Shown: positions 1 through 12,794, numbered from the whole stretch's first letter. The stretch: 63,922 nucleotides of DNA, filler included, from Nemertoderma westbladi (GCA_032718475.1; 3 parts of 3 records of this genome joined end to end with filler, not necessarily neighbours in it); one strand, 5' to 3'. Notes: generated by a model not told the origin, from the sequence alone. A program made the numbers and translations.

Positions 1-362
1 AGCTCAAGTGTGACCCTGGCCTAAGCATACCACAGTACAACATTACTGTCATAGTGGTAACGGGACCTGATTCAATTGTTCTAAAACCATTTCTACATTA
101 ATATCCATGTTCTAGAACATTTTCCAGAAAATAGCAGAAACTGGCATGTAAGTCAATTTTTTCACATTTTTATACAAACGTTCTGTAACATAAAAACTGT
201 TTTGAACTTTTTTTTGTTTTTATTAGCTAACATATTATAGAACATTTTCAACAAAAATATCAAAAACTAGCTAGTATACAAATTTGGAAGGGGTATACTG
301 TACCTATAACACAGTAATACCCAATTACAGAAAGGTGCCAGAAGGGCCTTTCGAATGGAAAT

Positions 363-953
363 ATGCCCTTGAGTAAAGCCACGGCAGTAGGAAGGGCAGT
401 GGAGAAAGTGACTGCAAACCTCTTCGGATTCAAGGATATCAAGGTATTAGTTGTCGGACTGGATGGGGCGGGAAAGACCACAATAGTTGAACAATTCAAA
501 CACGGACGTTATCGCAGTACAACTCCCACTAAAAGCTACGACGTTAGACGACTCACTAAACTCAACACTAAGTTTATATTCTGGGACATGGGCGGGACAA
601 CGGAGAGTAGACAACGGGTGTGGCATCGGCACTTCGAGGGTACGAAGGCGATGATCTTTGTGTTCGACAGCGGTTCGACACTGGCGAGACGGAGACTCGC
701 CAAGCTGGAGTTCTGTCGACTGATCCAGAACCAGGACCTAAAAGAAGCGATCATACTAATTCTAGCCAATAAACAGGACGCACCTCACGCGATATCCGCG
801 TCAACCATCCGCGAAAAGTTGGCGGATTGGCCGTCGCTACAGAACCGAACGTGGCACGTTGTCGGCACGTGTGCCAACGCCAGTACCGGGGACGGGGGCA
901 GCGGTCTAGACGAGGCCATGGCCTGGTTAACAGACCACTACGCCACTAAATAA
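363..953 (+). CDS. Arf/Arl-family small GTPase, atypical, intronless (196 aa)
   Basis: G1 GLDGAGKTT, G3 WDMGG, G4 NKQD, G5 TCA, Arf-like W-x-H-F-E-G-T and terminal GLDEAMAWL; single ORF followed by AT-rich sequence. Confidence 0.9.
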   Translation: MPLSKATAVGRAVEKVTANLFGFKDIKVLVVGLDGAGKTTIVEQFKHGRYRSTTPTKSYDVRRLTKLNTKFIFWDMGGTTESRQRVWHRHFEGTKAMIFVFDSGSTLARRRLAKLEFCRLIQNQDLKEAIILILANKQDAPHAISASTIREKLADWPSLQNRTWHVVGTCANASTGDGGSGLDEAMAWLTDHYATK

Positions 954-1828
954 TGTTATCCATAGTAGTTCATGCGTAATAACACAATTTACAAGTTGTA
1001 ATGTGGTTAAATTCATTTAATTTACGTTATGTTGATAATGTAGTATTGAGGGGCGAGCCATGTAGTGAGTGACTCCATTAAGAACGGTTATAATTACTTA
1101 ATGGTTTGGGTGGGTGCCCCCCCCCCCCCCCCCCTGTCTATTGCCAATTTTTTCCAACATTTTGCAGTTTAAGTTATTATCTGGAGGCAAAAACTAGACA
1201 ACTACACTGTAAATGCCTATAAATGTATAAAAAATCGTTAAATTTTAAAAAATGATTGTCATGTTGATTATTTATTTGAGTCAATCTAGCAAAAAAACCA
1301 TAAAAGTAATTCGCAATCAATCCGAACCACATATTATGGATTCTATATTACCTTGTTAATGACCCAAAAAAGTCTATAAAATTTTATTTGCGGATCATAT
1401 GTTTATTCATGGAAATTCTGCGTAAATTTGCATAACAGAAGTCAAGCAAAAGGAACAGTAGGGAAAAGTACATAAGTAGCAAATTGGTGATGTTCCAGAA
1501 TAATTTAATTAATTTCACAATAAGCTGTGATTCAATGGGAAATTAGTAATATTTACACTGGCGTGTTACACATTAATTGCCAAATCTCGGTAACTAGTAG
1601 TACACTACAGGTTGTCTCCTAATCATTCTCCGAAATTAATCAAATTAAATTTCTCAAATTCGCAGAACTCATTTTCAAACTCCGAGTTTTATTAGAGAGA
1701 TTTGTTTGACACGGTTTAGAGGGTTTAATACCCGAAGAAACGATAGTCCCCAAACGTAATATAATAATAATAATGGAACGACGTTAATAGGTGTAATAGG
1801 TGTGAACAATAATTAATAGGACGTTGGT

Positions 1829-2892
1829 GGGTATAACTTTTCGCCGTATCCGTATCCGTATCCGTATCCGTATGCATTTGCCGTATCCGTATGTACATAC
1901 GCGTATGTGCGTATGTAATGGATTCCTATGGAGAATAATCCGTATGTGATTTTAAAGATTAGGCATTGCGGACCAGTAAGAAGTGCACAGCACACATGCA
2001 GACTGAAGACAGCTGTAGGCCTACTTAAAGCTAAGTGATTTAAAGAGTGTGGCTGCCGCTACCTTATGTCAAATAAACAATGCAGGACAGGTCCAGGATG
2101 AGTGACAGCCGGTGTCCGCCAGCCCAGGGATGCGCCACAGCGCTTGTTTTATTGTACTAACTGACACCTGGACCGCTGGACGCCCGGTTGGATTTAGATA
2201 ATTACTGACACTCGTGTTGCACTCGCAGACACGTGGTTTGACTAACTGGAACGAGGTTGGACTTGTAAGCACTTGGTTGCATATGCATATGGTTAACTAT
2301 AACTGGCCCGAAACAGCGAAAGTTAAGCTATTATATTTGTTAATAAATTCACAAAGAAGGACAAACTGACACGACGGTTTTTAATATCTGTGCGAATGTT
2401 TATTCCCTTAGCATTCTCATTGCTGCTTCTATCAGTCTATACAGTATTATACATGTTAGTGCCATATACTGTAGGAACCAACAACATTCTATAGCCAGGT
2501 TGGCGGAAAAACAGTTCAAAAATAAATCACGGTTGGTTAGTTTTCCAAGCGGCGTCAAGAAGAGTTATGGTTAATAGGTACTGCACTGCTGGCGCATCCT
2601 GGGGCTGGCGGACACCGGCTGTCACCCATCCTGACCTGTCCTGCATTGTTATTTGACAAAAGGTAGCAGCAGCCACACTCTTTAAATCACTAAGCTTTAA
2701 GTAGGCCTACCTCGCTCTTCTCAGTCTGCATGTGTGCTGTGCACTTCTTACTGGTCCGCAATGCCTAATCTATAAAATCACATACGGATTATTATCCATA
2801 GGAATCCATTACATATGCACATACGCGTATGTGCATACGGATACGGCGAATGTATACGAATACGGATACGGATACGGCGAAAAGATATACCC
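1829..2892. mobile_element. Non-autonomous Mutator/MULE-like foldback element (MITE)
   Basis: ~310-bp imperfect terminal inverted repeats starting GGGTATA and ending TATACCC; exact 9-bp flanking duplication GACGTTGGT at 1820-1828 and 2893-2901. Confidence 0.85.
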
Positions 2893-3894
2893 GACGTTGG
2901 TGACATTAAATTGAAGAGTCATTGAAGAAATCTATTTCCTACAACTCATTTGGTGTATAACGTGACTGCAATCAACTGATTATTTACAGGAAAATTAAAT
3001 TAAATAGCACTGCGAGGTGTACGGTGTACGGTGCACGGTGTATTACTGAGAAGAAAAAAATTTGATGAAAACTCTAAAAATTGTTGTAAATATAAATACC
3101 TCAATAAATTATTTAAAGGTTTAATTAATTACCGAATACAATTATTATTTGATAACAACTTGCTTCAATTCTCGACATTTAGCATACTCTTATTACCACC
3201 ATATTGTATACTATATTTTGTATTTAATTGTCAGAATTTTTATTTTCGCTTTCAAACTTCTTTTATGAACGTTTAATAAAACGTGACACAATTATTAATA
3301 AAGTTTCGCCTGAATTTTCTTCACTATATTTTACTTCAATTGTATTTTTATATTATGAGAACTCATTTACTACGGGAAGCGAACTTAGTTCCTATTGCAG
3401 TCAGCGTAATAATATTCTTCTAATTATTGCGAACTTTGTCCCAATTTTGTTATACGAACAAGCGACAAAAGGGTGGTATAGAGTGATTCAATTCGCTGGT
3501 TTAGGTACAAAGTTCGCTAAAATACGAACAAAGTTCGTATGTATTAAAAAAAATAGCATCTTAACATTTTAGAAGCCAAGTTCGCGCTCCCTAATAAAGT
3601 ACCCATTCTAGTTGGGGGGCCCCGAGGCTAATGCAGTAATATCGCGAATTGGGGGTGTTGCCCGGCAGTCCTCCAAGTCTGTATGCTGTATCTACGCATA
3701 AAGACAACCTAACGTGGATGAGTGAACATTAGTAATCAACTCATTAATAGTTTGGGACCTTCGAACTGAAGTATTACGTGCTTACAAAGCCCAATAACGT
3801 AGTGCCACCTTCCCCTAGGATACAAGCCAATTATTTTAGAACTAAATAATTGAATGTGCCCGTAGTGTTAGAACATTATTTTTACTATGTTCGT

Positions 3895-4213
3895 GATATT
3901 TTACTAGTGAGGTAAATAAATGATCGATATTTTACTAGTGAGGTAAATAAATGATCGATATTTTACTAGTGAGGTAAATAAATGATCGATATTTTACTAG
4001 TGAGGTAAATAAATGATCGATATTTTACTAGTGAGGTAAATAAATGATCGATATTTTACTAGTGAGGTAAATAAATGATCGATATTTTACTAGTGAGGTA
4101 AATAAATGATCGATATTTTACTAGTGAGGTAAATAAATGATCGATATTTTACTAGTGAGGTAAATAAATGATCGATATTTTACTAGTGAGGTAAATAAAT
4201 GATCGATATTTTA
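3895..4213. repeat. 31-bp minisatellite, ~10 copies
   Basis: Unit GATATTTTACTAGTGAGGTAAATAAATGATC repeated near-perfectly. Confidence 0.95.
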
Positions 4214-4835
4214 CAAACAATACTTAATTGCTTAATATTGGACTTGTCTCACTGCGATAATGTTCTCTCATTATTCTGAACTGCTTCATGACTCGACTTC
4301 CGGGAACCGGAACCGGATTATAATAACGCGAGATTTTATCATTAATATATAAGCGTCAGTCTTCAGGCTTTAGGGTTGTTGGCCAATGGCCAATCGTAGT
4401 ACACATTTTACTGTCAGTAACAATTTTTAAACAGGTCGCCAGAAATTGATAAACGGGATTTTATAAAAAAGGGCGCGGGCCTGGGTATATCCCTTTCAGC
4501 AAGCGAATCCCCGTTCCTGTGTATCGGGTGGAACTGGGAGTGGGTGGGTTTGCCCTATATAAACATCAATTTAAACACCGCCATTGCTACCTCGAGATGC
4601 TACCTCGGGGTCTTGGATCAACAAGAGAGATTGCTCCTCCTGCAATCTCTCACATTATCATCACAATAGGATATTTTAAAACAATGTTTTCAATATTAAT
4701 TTATTACCAACTTGGTTTTACTTTCGCAGTGTCTTTCGTAATGTTCTGTTCCAATTTTCCAAACAAACACTGCCACCCCCCCAGCAAGTATACTGCGTCC
4801 TACGTCTGTCGTCTGTTCCAATCATGTAAACTCAC

Positions 4836-4976
4836 TTTATAAGCGCTTTTGTCGTCTGTTCTAAACACGCGTGTCTCCCATCCATCTCATCAACTAATTG
4901 CTTCAACCGCCCTTCCGTTGCCAGTAAATCATTGGTTAGTTTGCTCCTTTCCTTAGCAACAGTTTCTAGTTGATTC
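4836..4976 (-). CDS. Ninein/NINL-like gene, internal exon (coiled coil)
   Basis: AG acceptor and GTGAGT donor; encodes NQLETVAKERSKLTNDLLATEGRLKQLVDEMDGRHACLEQ, recalling ninein EKLRSDL...EVDDHHAAIE; phase 2 matches the preceding exon. Confidence 0.7.
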
Positions 4977-5290
4977 CTGTAGAAATTTAACAATTACAAA
5001 TTCTAGACCTACATCATAGCCTATCCTACTGATTTCAATGTTAATTACCCAGATTATTTAGGCGAATTATATTATATTGTCCGGTTGTCCCAGGGGAATA
5101 TCTCGATTTGAAAGAATATTGTAAAAGTTGTTATGTAGTGTATCAGGAATGTTTCGTACAATTAGGCCTACTATATACCGGAGCCGGAGCTCTGTTACAT
5201 CCCTACTATATACTGGAGCCTATGCTGGAGCTATTCAAACAGGATCCCGATCCCCGATCCCGAAAAATTGGGATCCAGGCGAAAAATGCA

Positions 5291-8200
5291 ATCCCGGTCA
5301 CGACTTTTATGGAACGGGATCCCGGTCACGACTTTTATGGAACGGGATCCCGGTCACGACTTTTATGGAACGGGATCCCGGTCACGACTTTTATGGAACG
5401 GTATCCCGGTCACGGCTTTTATGGAACGGTATCCCGGTCACGGCTTTTATGGAACGGTATCCCGGTCACGGCTTTTATGGAACGGTATCCCGGTCACGGC
5501 TTTTATGGAACGGTATCCCGGTCACGGCTTTTATGGAACGGTATCCCGGTCACGGCTTTTATGGAACGGTATCCCGGTCACGACTTTTATGGAACGGTAT
5601 CCCGGTCACGGCTTTTATGGAACGGTATCCCGGTCACGGCTTTTATGGAACGGGATCCCGGTCACGGCTTTTATGGAACGGGATCCCGGTCACGGCTTTT
5701 ATGGAACGGGATCCCGGTCACGGCTTTTATGGAACGGTATCCCGGTCACGGCTTTTATGGAACGGTATCCCGGCCACGGCTTTTATGGAACGGGATCCCG
5801 GTCACGGCTTTTATGGAACGGGATCCCGGTCACGGCTTTTATGGAACGGGATCCCGGTCACGGCTTTTATGGAACGGTATCCCGGTCACGGCTTTTATGG
5901 AACGGTATCCCGGCCACGGCTTTTATGGAACGGGATCCCGGTCACGGCTTTTATGGAACGGGATCCCGGTCACGGCTTTTATGGAACGGTATCCCGGTCA
6001 CGGCTTTTATGGAACGGTATCCCGGCCACGGCTTTTATGGAACGGGATCCCGGTCACGGCTTTTATGGAACGGTATCCCGGTCACGGCTTTTATGGAACG
6101 GTATCCCGGTCACGGCTTTTATGGAACGGTATCCCGGTCACGGCTTTTATGGAACGGTATCCCGGCCACGGCTTTTATGGAACGGGATCCCGGTCACGGC
6201 TTTTATGGAACGGGATCCCGGTCACGGCTTTTATGGAACGGTATCCCGGTCACGGCTTTTATGGAACGGTATCCCGGTCACGGCTTTTATGGAACGGTAT
6301 CCCGGTCACGGCTTTTATGGAACGGTATCCCGGTCACGGCTTTTATGGAACGGTATCCCGGCCACGGCTTTTATGGAACGGGATCCCGGTCACGGCTTTT
6401 ATGGAACGGGATCCCGGTCACGGCTTTTATGGAACGGTATCCCGGTCACGGCTTTTATGGAACGGTATCCCGGTCACGACTTTTATGGAACGGTATCCCG
6501 GCCACGGCTTTTATGGAACGGTATCCCGGCCACGGCTTTTATGGAACGGGATCCCGGTCACGGCTTTTATGGAACGGTATCCCGGTCACGGCTTTTATGG
6601 AACGGTATCCCGGTCACGGCTTTTATGGAACGGTATCCCGGTCACGGCTTTTATGGAACGGTATCCCGGCCACGGCTTTTATGGAACGGGATCCCGGTCA
6701 CGGCTTTTATGGAACGGGATCCCGGTCACGGCTTTTATGGAACGGTATCCCGGTCACGGCTTTTATGGAACGGTATCCCGGCCACGGCTTTTATGGAACG
6801 GGATCCCGGTCACGGCTTTTATGGAACGGTATCCCGGTCACGGCTTTTATGGAACGGTATCCCGGTCACGGCTTTTATGGAACGGTATCCCGGTCACGGC
6901 TTTTATGGAACGGTATCCCGGCCACGGCTTTTATGGAACGGGATCCCGGTCACGGCTTTTATGGAACGGGATCCCGGTCACGGCTTTTATGGAACGGTAT
7001 CCCGGTCACGGCTTTTATGGAACGGTATCCCGGTCACGGCTTTTATGGAACGGTATCCCGGTCACGGCTTTTATGGAACGGTATCCCGGCCACGGCTTTT
7101 ATGGAACGGGATCCCGGTCACGGCTTTTATGGAACGGGATCCCGGTCACGGCTTTTATGGAACGGTATCCCGGTCACGGCTTTTATGGAACGGTATCCCG
7201 GTCACGACTTTTATGGAACGGTATCCCGGCCACGGCTTTTATGGAACGGTATCCCGGTCACGGCTTTTATGGAACGGTATCCCGGTCACGGCTTTTATGG
7301 AACGGTATCCCGGCCACGGCTTTTATGGAACGGGATCCCGGTCACGGCTTTTATGGAACGGGATCCCGGTCACGGCTTTTATGGAACGGTATCCCGGTCA
7401 CGGCTTTTATGGAACGGTATCCCGGTCACGACTTTTATGGAACGGTATCCCGGCCACGGCTTTTATGGAACGGTATCCCGGTCACGGCTATTATGGAACG
7501 GTATCCCGGTCACGGCTTTTATGGAACGGTATCCCGGTCACGGCTTTTATGGAACGGTATCCCGGTCACGGCTATTATGGAACGGTATCCCGGTCACGGC
7601 TTTTATGGAACGGTATCCCGGCCACGGCTTTTATGGAACGGTATCCCGGTCACGGCTTTTATGGAACGGTATCCCGGTCACGGCTTTTATGGAACGGTAT
7701 CCCGGTCACGGCTTTTATGGAACGGTATCCCGGTCACGGCTTTTATGGAACGGTATCCCGGCCACGGCTTTTATGGAACGGGATCCCGGTCACGGCTTTT
7801 ATGGAACGGGATCCCGGTCACGGCTTTTATGGAACGGTATCCCGGTCACGGCTTTTATGGAACGGTATCCCGGTCACGGCTTTTATGGAACGGTATCCCG
7901 GTCACGGCTTTTATGGAACGGTATCCCGGTCACGGCTTTTATGGAACGGTATCCCGGCCACGGCTTTTATGGAACGGGATCCCGGTCACGGCTTTTATGG
8001 AACGGGATCCCGGTCACGGCTTTTATGGAACGGTATCCCGGTCACGGCTTTTATGGAACGGTATCCCGGTCACGACTTTTATGGAACGGTATCCCGGCCA
8101 CGGCTTTTATGGAACGGTATCCCGGTCACGGCTTTTATGGAACGGTATCCCGGTCACGGCTTTTATGGAACGGTATCCCGGCCACGGCTTTTATGGAACG

Positions 8201-8628
8201 GGATCCCGGTCACGGCTTTTATGGAACGGGATCCCGGTCACGGCTTTTATGGAACGGTATCCCGGTCACGGCTTTTATGGAACGGTATCCCGGTCACGAC
8301 TTTTATGGAACGGTATCCCGGCCACGGCTTTTATGGAACGGTATCCCGGTCACGGCTATTATGGAACGGTATCCCGGTCACGGCTTTTATGGAACGGTAT
8401 CCCGGTCACGGCTTTTATGGAACGGTATCCCGGTCACGGCTATTATGGAACGGTATCCCGGTCACGGCTTTTATGGAACGGTATCCCGGCCACGGCTTTT
8501 ATGGAACGGTATCCCGGTCACGGCTATTATGGAACGGTATCCCGGTCACGGCTTTTATGGAACGGGATCCCGGTCACGGCTTTTATGGAACGGGATCCCG
8601 GTCACGGCTTTTATGGAACGGTATCCCG
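5291..8628. repeat. 28-bp satellite, ~119 copies, intronic
   Basis: Unit ATCCCGGTCACGGCTTTTATGGAACGGT with a few recurrent variants (GGAT/GTAT, GTCA/GCCA, CTT/CTA). Confidence 0.97.
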
Positions 8629-8833
8629 AAGTTAAATAGCTGAATATCCGATACATAGTTGCAGCAGAACATAAATGTATCGATTATATCGAATTAATTT
8701 CTCTGTAAACCATAAATTATAAATTTATTTTAATAGAATTCACTTTACTAGTAATTCAGAGAGCGAAATAGAGTGATATAAATAGGTACTTATTAATTAG
8801 TACCAGCTAGTTATACATAGTAACTCCACAATT

Positions 8834-9385
8834 ACACCATGATGACCCGTAATATAGTGTCATTTTCTGATGACACGGACCCCCCCCCCCCCCCCCCCCA
8901 GATTTCTCTACAAACCTTTATCATATTGCTTGAAATTAGAAACACAACAATTTCCACTCACCGTCGATGTCCACATGAAGCCGGAATTTTCGATTTTTTG
9001 ATTAAGCGTTTTAAAAAAAATGTAATTTGCGAAATCGAATACTGTGTATTGTAGCCATATTCTCATTAGTCGTATCATTAGAAAGCTTGCGTTGCAAGGA
9101 TTCGAAATATGTAACAATGTTTGAATTTCGTTGAGAAACAGCTGGGATATTGGCGTTCAAAGATTGCAAGAATTATCGTTCTCTATATTTATTTAATGAG
9201 TAGGTGGGCAACAACGATAAAGGTGAAAATCGAAAATTCCGGCTTCATGGTAACAACCACAGTGAGCTGAACTAGTTGTGTTTCAAATTTCAAGCAATAT
9301 GATAAAGATTTGTAGAAAAATCTGGGGGGGGGGGGGGGGGGGTCCGTATTATCAGAAACTGACACCATATTACGGGTCATGGTGT
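8834..9385. mobile_element. MITE with ~165-bp imperfect terminal inverted repeats
   Basis: Left arm TACACCATG..ACCCGTAATAT..polyC..GCCGGAATTTTCGATTT is mirrored at ~9225-9385; superfamily not determined. Confidence 0.75.
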
Positions 9386-9663
9386 AATTAATTATAATAT
9401 AATGCCTGACAGTTATACAGTATATCTAATTATGATTTACTAAGATCTCGGTGACTTTCTACTGTACACTGCTAGCATTATGTGACGTATAATGAAGGTC
9501 AAATACTACCGTATCGATGTCAACTTACATAATTAGTTTTTTGCGAATTTAGGGAGGAAATTGTATCTCACCATTTCATAATAACTACTAAAATATGACG
9601 ACAATTTCCTATCTTGTAACATTATTTCTGCCACAATCAATATATCAAAAATGGGGTACTTAC

Positions 9664-9894
9664 TTTACATAAGCGAGTTCGTTTAACAATGTAGACAGGG
9701 CCACCTTGCGTACCCAGTGGGAACTGGGCATTGGTTGATGTAGCACTTCGTATAGGCTTTGGGTTAAAGTGATTGCCAGTATGCGGCCACTAGGGGGCGT
9801 GTTGAGTTCGCTTAGAAGATTTTCTGTGGCAACGTCAGATAAAGAAGGGTGTAAACGCATCCACAGGTCAACAACATCGCTCACTGCTACAGAC
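9664..9894 (-). CDS. Ninein/NINL-like gene, internal exon
   Basis: AG acceptor and GTAAGT donor, 231 nt, phase 2/2; SVAVSDVVDLW...GRILAITLTQSL...VALSTLLNELAYV recalls ninein W...GNINLTELTLALENE...AALASFKAE. Confidence 0.7.
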
Positions 9895-10193
9895 CTTAGA
9901 AAGCAACATTAGCAAACTTAGTATGCAAAATTAATATTAATTGGGCAATAATTATTAATAATCAGATTAAGGCCATTTATTCTATTGAATAAATACCCAA
10001 CATTCTGGAACATCATATATATAACAATCGATATAATAATAATAATATAAAATTTATAGAGCGCACTTTCTAAAGTAACCTAAAGTTATAATAGTTCAAA
10101 TGCGCTGTCTCTGGATTGGCAAGTGAGTTCTGGCTGCGAAGACTGCGTGGTAAACTATTAAAAACTGTGGGTGCAGCATAAGGAAACGCACAA

Positions 10194-10851
10194 TCACCAA
10201 ACGACTTGTAGCATGTTGATGGTATGATTCACCAAACGACTTGTAGCATGTTGATGGTATGATTTACCAAACGACTTGTAGCATGTTGATGGTATGATTC
10301 ACCAAACGACTTGTAGCATGTTGATGGTATGATTCACCAAACGACTTGTAGCATGTTGATGGTATGATTCACCAAACGACTTGTAGCATGTTGATGGTAT
10401 GATTCACCAAACGACTTGTAGCATGTTGATGGTATGATTCACCAAACGACTTGTAGCATGTTGATGGTATGATTCACCAAACGACTTGTAGCATGTTGAT
10501 GGTATGATTCACCAAACGACTTGTAGCATGTTGATGGTATGATTCACCAAACGACTTGTAGCATGTTGATGGTATGATACACCAAACCACTTGTAGCATG
10601 TTGGTTGATGGTATGATTCACCAAACGACTTGTAGCATGTTGATGGTATGATTCACCAAACGACTTGTAGCATGTTGATGGTATGATTCACCAAACGACT
10701 TGTAGCATGTTCATGGTATGATTCACCAAACGACTTGTAGCATGTTGATGGTATGATTCACCAAACGACTTGTAGCATGTTGATGGTATGATTCTCCAAA
10801 CGACTTGTAGCATGTTGATGGTATGATTCACCAAACGACTTGTAGCATGTT
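10194..10851. repeat. 35-bp minisatellite, ~19 copies, inside the LINE fragment
   Basis: Unit TTCACCAAACGACTTGTAGCATGTTGATGGTATGA. Confidence 0.95.
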
Positions 10852-11047
10852 GGTTGGTGGTACTGTGTGATCAAAGTTTTTTCATATTGGCTGCGGGTAG
10901 TCTTTGTGTTTTCTAAGATTAAATCGGTGAGATACTCCGGCGTTTGTGAATTTAAAGATTTCCAACATTGTAAAGCTAGTTTATACTTGATCCTGTATCG
11001 GACAGGTAACCAGTGCAGCTCCCGTAATAGCGGAGTTACATGTCTTC

Positions 11048-12232
11048 ATTAATCTCACCGGTTGTGCCTCACTGATTAATCTCACCGTTTGTGCCTCACT
11101 GATTAATCTCACCGTTTGTGCCTCACTGATTAATCTCACCGTTTGTGCCTCACTGTTAATCTCACCGTTTGTGCCTCACTTATTAATCTCACCGTTTGAG
11201 CCTCACTGATTAATCTCACCGTTTGTGCCTCACTGATTAATCTCACCGTTTGTGCCTCACTGATTAATCTCACCGTTTGTGCCTCACTGATTAATCTCAC
11301 CGTTTGTGCCTCACTGATTAATCTCACCGTTTGTGCCTCACTGATTAATCTCACCGCTTGTGCCTCACTGATTAATCTCACCGTTTGTGCCTCACTGATT
11401 AATCTCACCGTTTGTGCCTCACTGATTAATCTCACCGTTTGTGCCTCACTTATTAATCTCACCGTTTGTGCCTCACTGATTAATCTCACCGTTTGTGCCT
11501 CACTGATTAATCTCACCGTTTGTGCCTCACTGATTAATCTCACCGTTTGTGCCTCACTGATTAATCTCACCGTATGTGCCTCACTTATTAATCTCACCGT
11601 TTGTGCCTCACTGATTAATCTCACCGTTTGTGCCTCACTTATTAATCTCACCGTTTGTGCCTCACTGATTAATCTCACCGTTTGTGCCTCACTGATTAAT
11701 CTCACCGTTTGTGCCTCACTGATTAATCTCACCGTTTGTGCCTCACTGATTAATCTCACCGTTTGTGCCTCACTGATTAATCTCACCGTTTGTGCCTCAC
11801 TGATTAATCTCACCGTTTGTGCCTCACTGATTAATCTCACCGTTTGTGCCTCACTGTTAATCTCACCGTTTGTGCCTCACTTATTAATCTGACCGTTTGA
11901 GCCTCACTGATTAATCACACCGTTTGTGCCTCACTGATTAATCTCACCGTTTGTGCCTCACTGATTAATCTCACCGTTTGTGCCTCACTGATTAATCTCA
12001 CCGTTTGTGCCTCACTGATTAATCTCACCGTTTGTGCCTCACTTATTAATCTCACCGTTTGTGCCTCACTGATTAATCTCACCGTTTGTGCCTCACTGAT
12101 TAATCTCACCGTTTGTGCCTCACTTATTAATCTCACCGTTTGTGCCTCACTTATTAATCTCACCGTTTGTGCCTCACTTATTAATCTCACCGTTTGTGCC
12201 TCACTTATTAATCTCACCGTTTGTGCCTCACT
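11048..12232. repeat. 27-bp minisatellite, ~44 copies, inside the LINE fragment
   Basis: Unit TTAATCTCACCGTTTGTGCCTCACTGA; reads SEAQTVRLI in the LINE frame. Confidence 0.95.
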
Positions 12233-12534
12233 CTGATATTTCCTGATCCTATAGAGATTTCGCAATTGGTAGTTCAGAGATTTGACAACAGTTTTTTTTT
12301 AATTTAATTTTATCTAATTTTTTAATTTTAATTTAATTTGATTTAATTTTATCAAGCTCATTTAGATTATTTAGTTTTTGATTTTGATTTGACAACAGTT
12401 AACAGCTGTTTCTCCATATTCATTTTATTATCGAAGAAACAACCCAGTGTCTTCAAATTGTCCATTGTTAGGAAATTTTTGATATGAAACAACAACAAAA
12501 TTATACAGGTAGGCGATCGGTGTTCTCTACTAAC

Positions 12535-12764
12535 CCATCTGTACTCCGCGTAACGCAACTCAGCCAATTTCTGTCGCAGAAATCACCGGATGTGACGTAA
12601 TTGTTATTGTTGACTCCCCGGTAACTGTAGTTGTCACGGATACGACTGACTACCGGAGTGGAGTGAACGGGATCGTGTTCAGAGAATAAACCCGAAATAA
12701 ATTCTCCAAATGACACACGACCGCTGTTTCCGGTGTCGAGATCTGTAAACAACTCACCGACGCG
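12535..12764 (-). CDS. Ninein/NINL-like gene, EF-hand exon
   Basis: TTTGTTTAG acceptor and GTTAGT donor; ELFTDLDTGNSGRVSFGEFISGLFSEH is an EF-hand resembling NINL [25 protein letters not shown]; splices in frame to 9894. Confidence 0.75.
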
Positions 12765-12794
12765 CTAAACAAAAACAATATCAACAAGGATACG

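Larger units (their letters stand above)
10032..12490 (-). mobile_element. Degraded L2/CR1-like LINE 3' fragment interrupted by two minisatellites
   Basis: Minus-strand peptides LKTLGCFFDNKMNM, NYQLRNLYRIRKY, HVTPLLRELHWLPVRYRIKYK and FGDCAFPYAAPTVFNSLP; 3' tail GCGCTCTATAAAT...(TAT)n. Confidence 0.85.

Noticed and set aside
1813-2914. Paired 60-aa ORFs with YGYG repeats
   Set aside because: Mirror-image translations of MITE arms with non-ATG starts
5108-8643. Three ORFs of more than 1100 aa
   Set aside because: Translations of a stop-free 28-bp satellite, open in all frames and antisense within an intron; no sign of codon-level constraint
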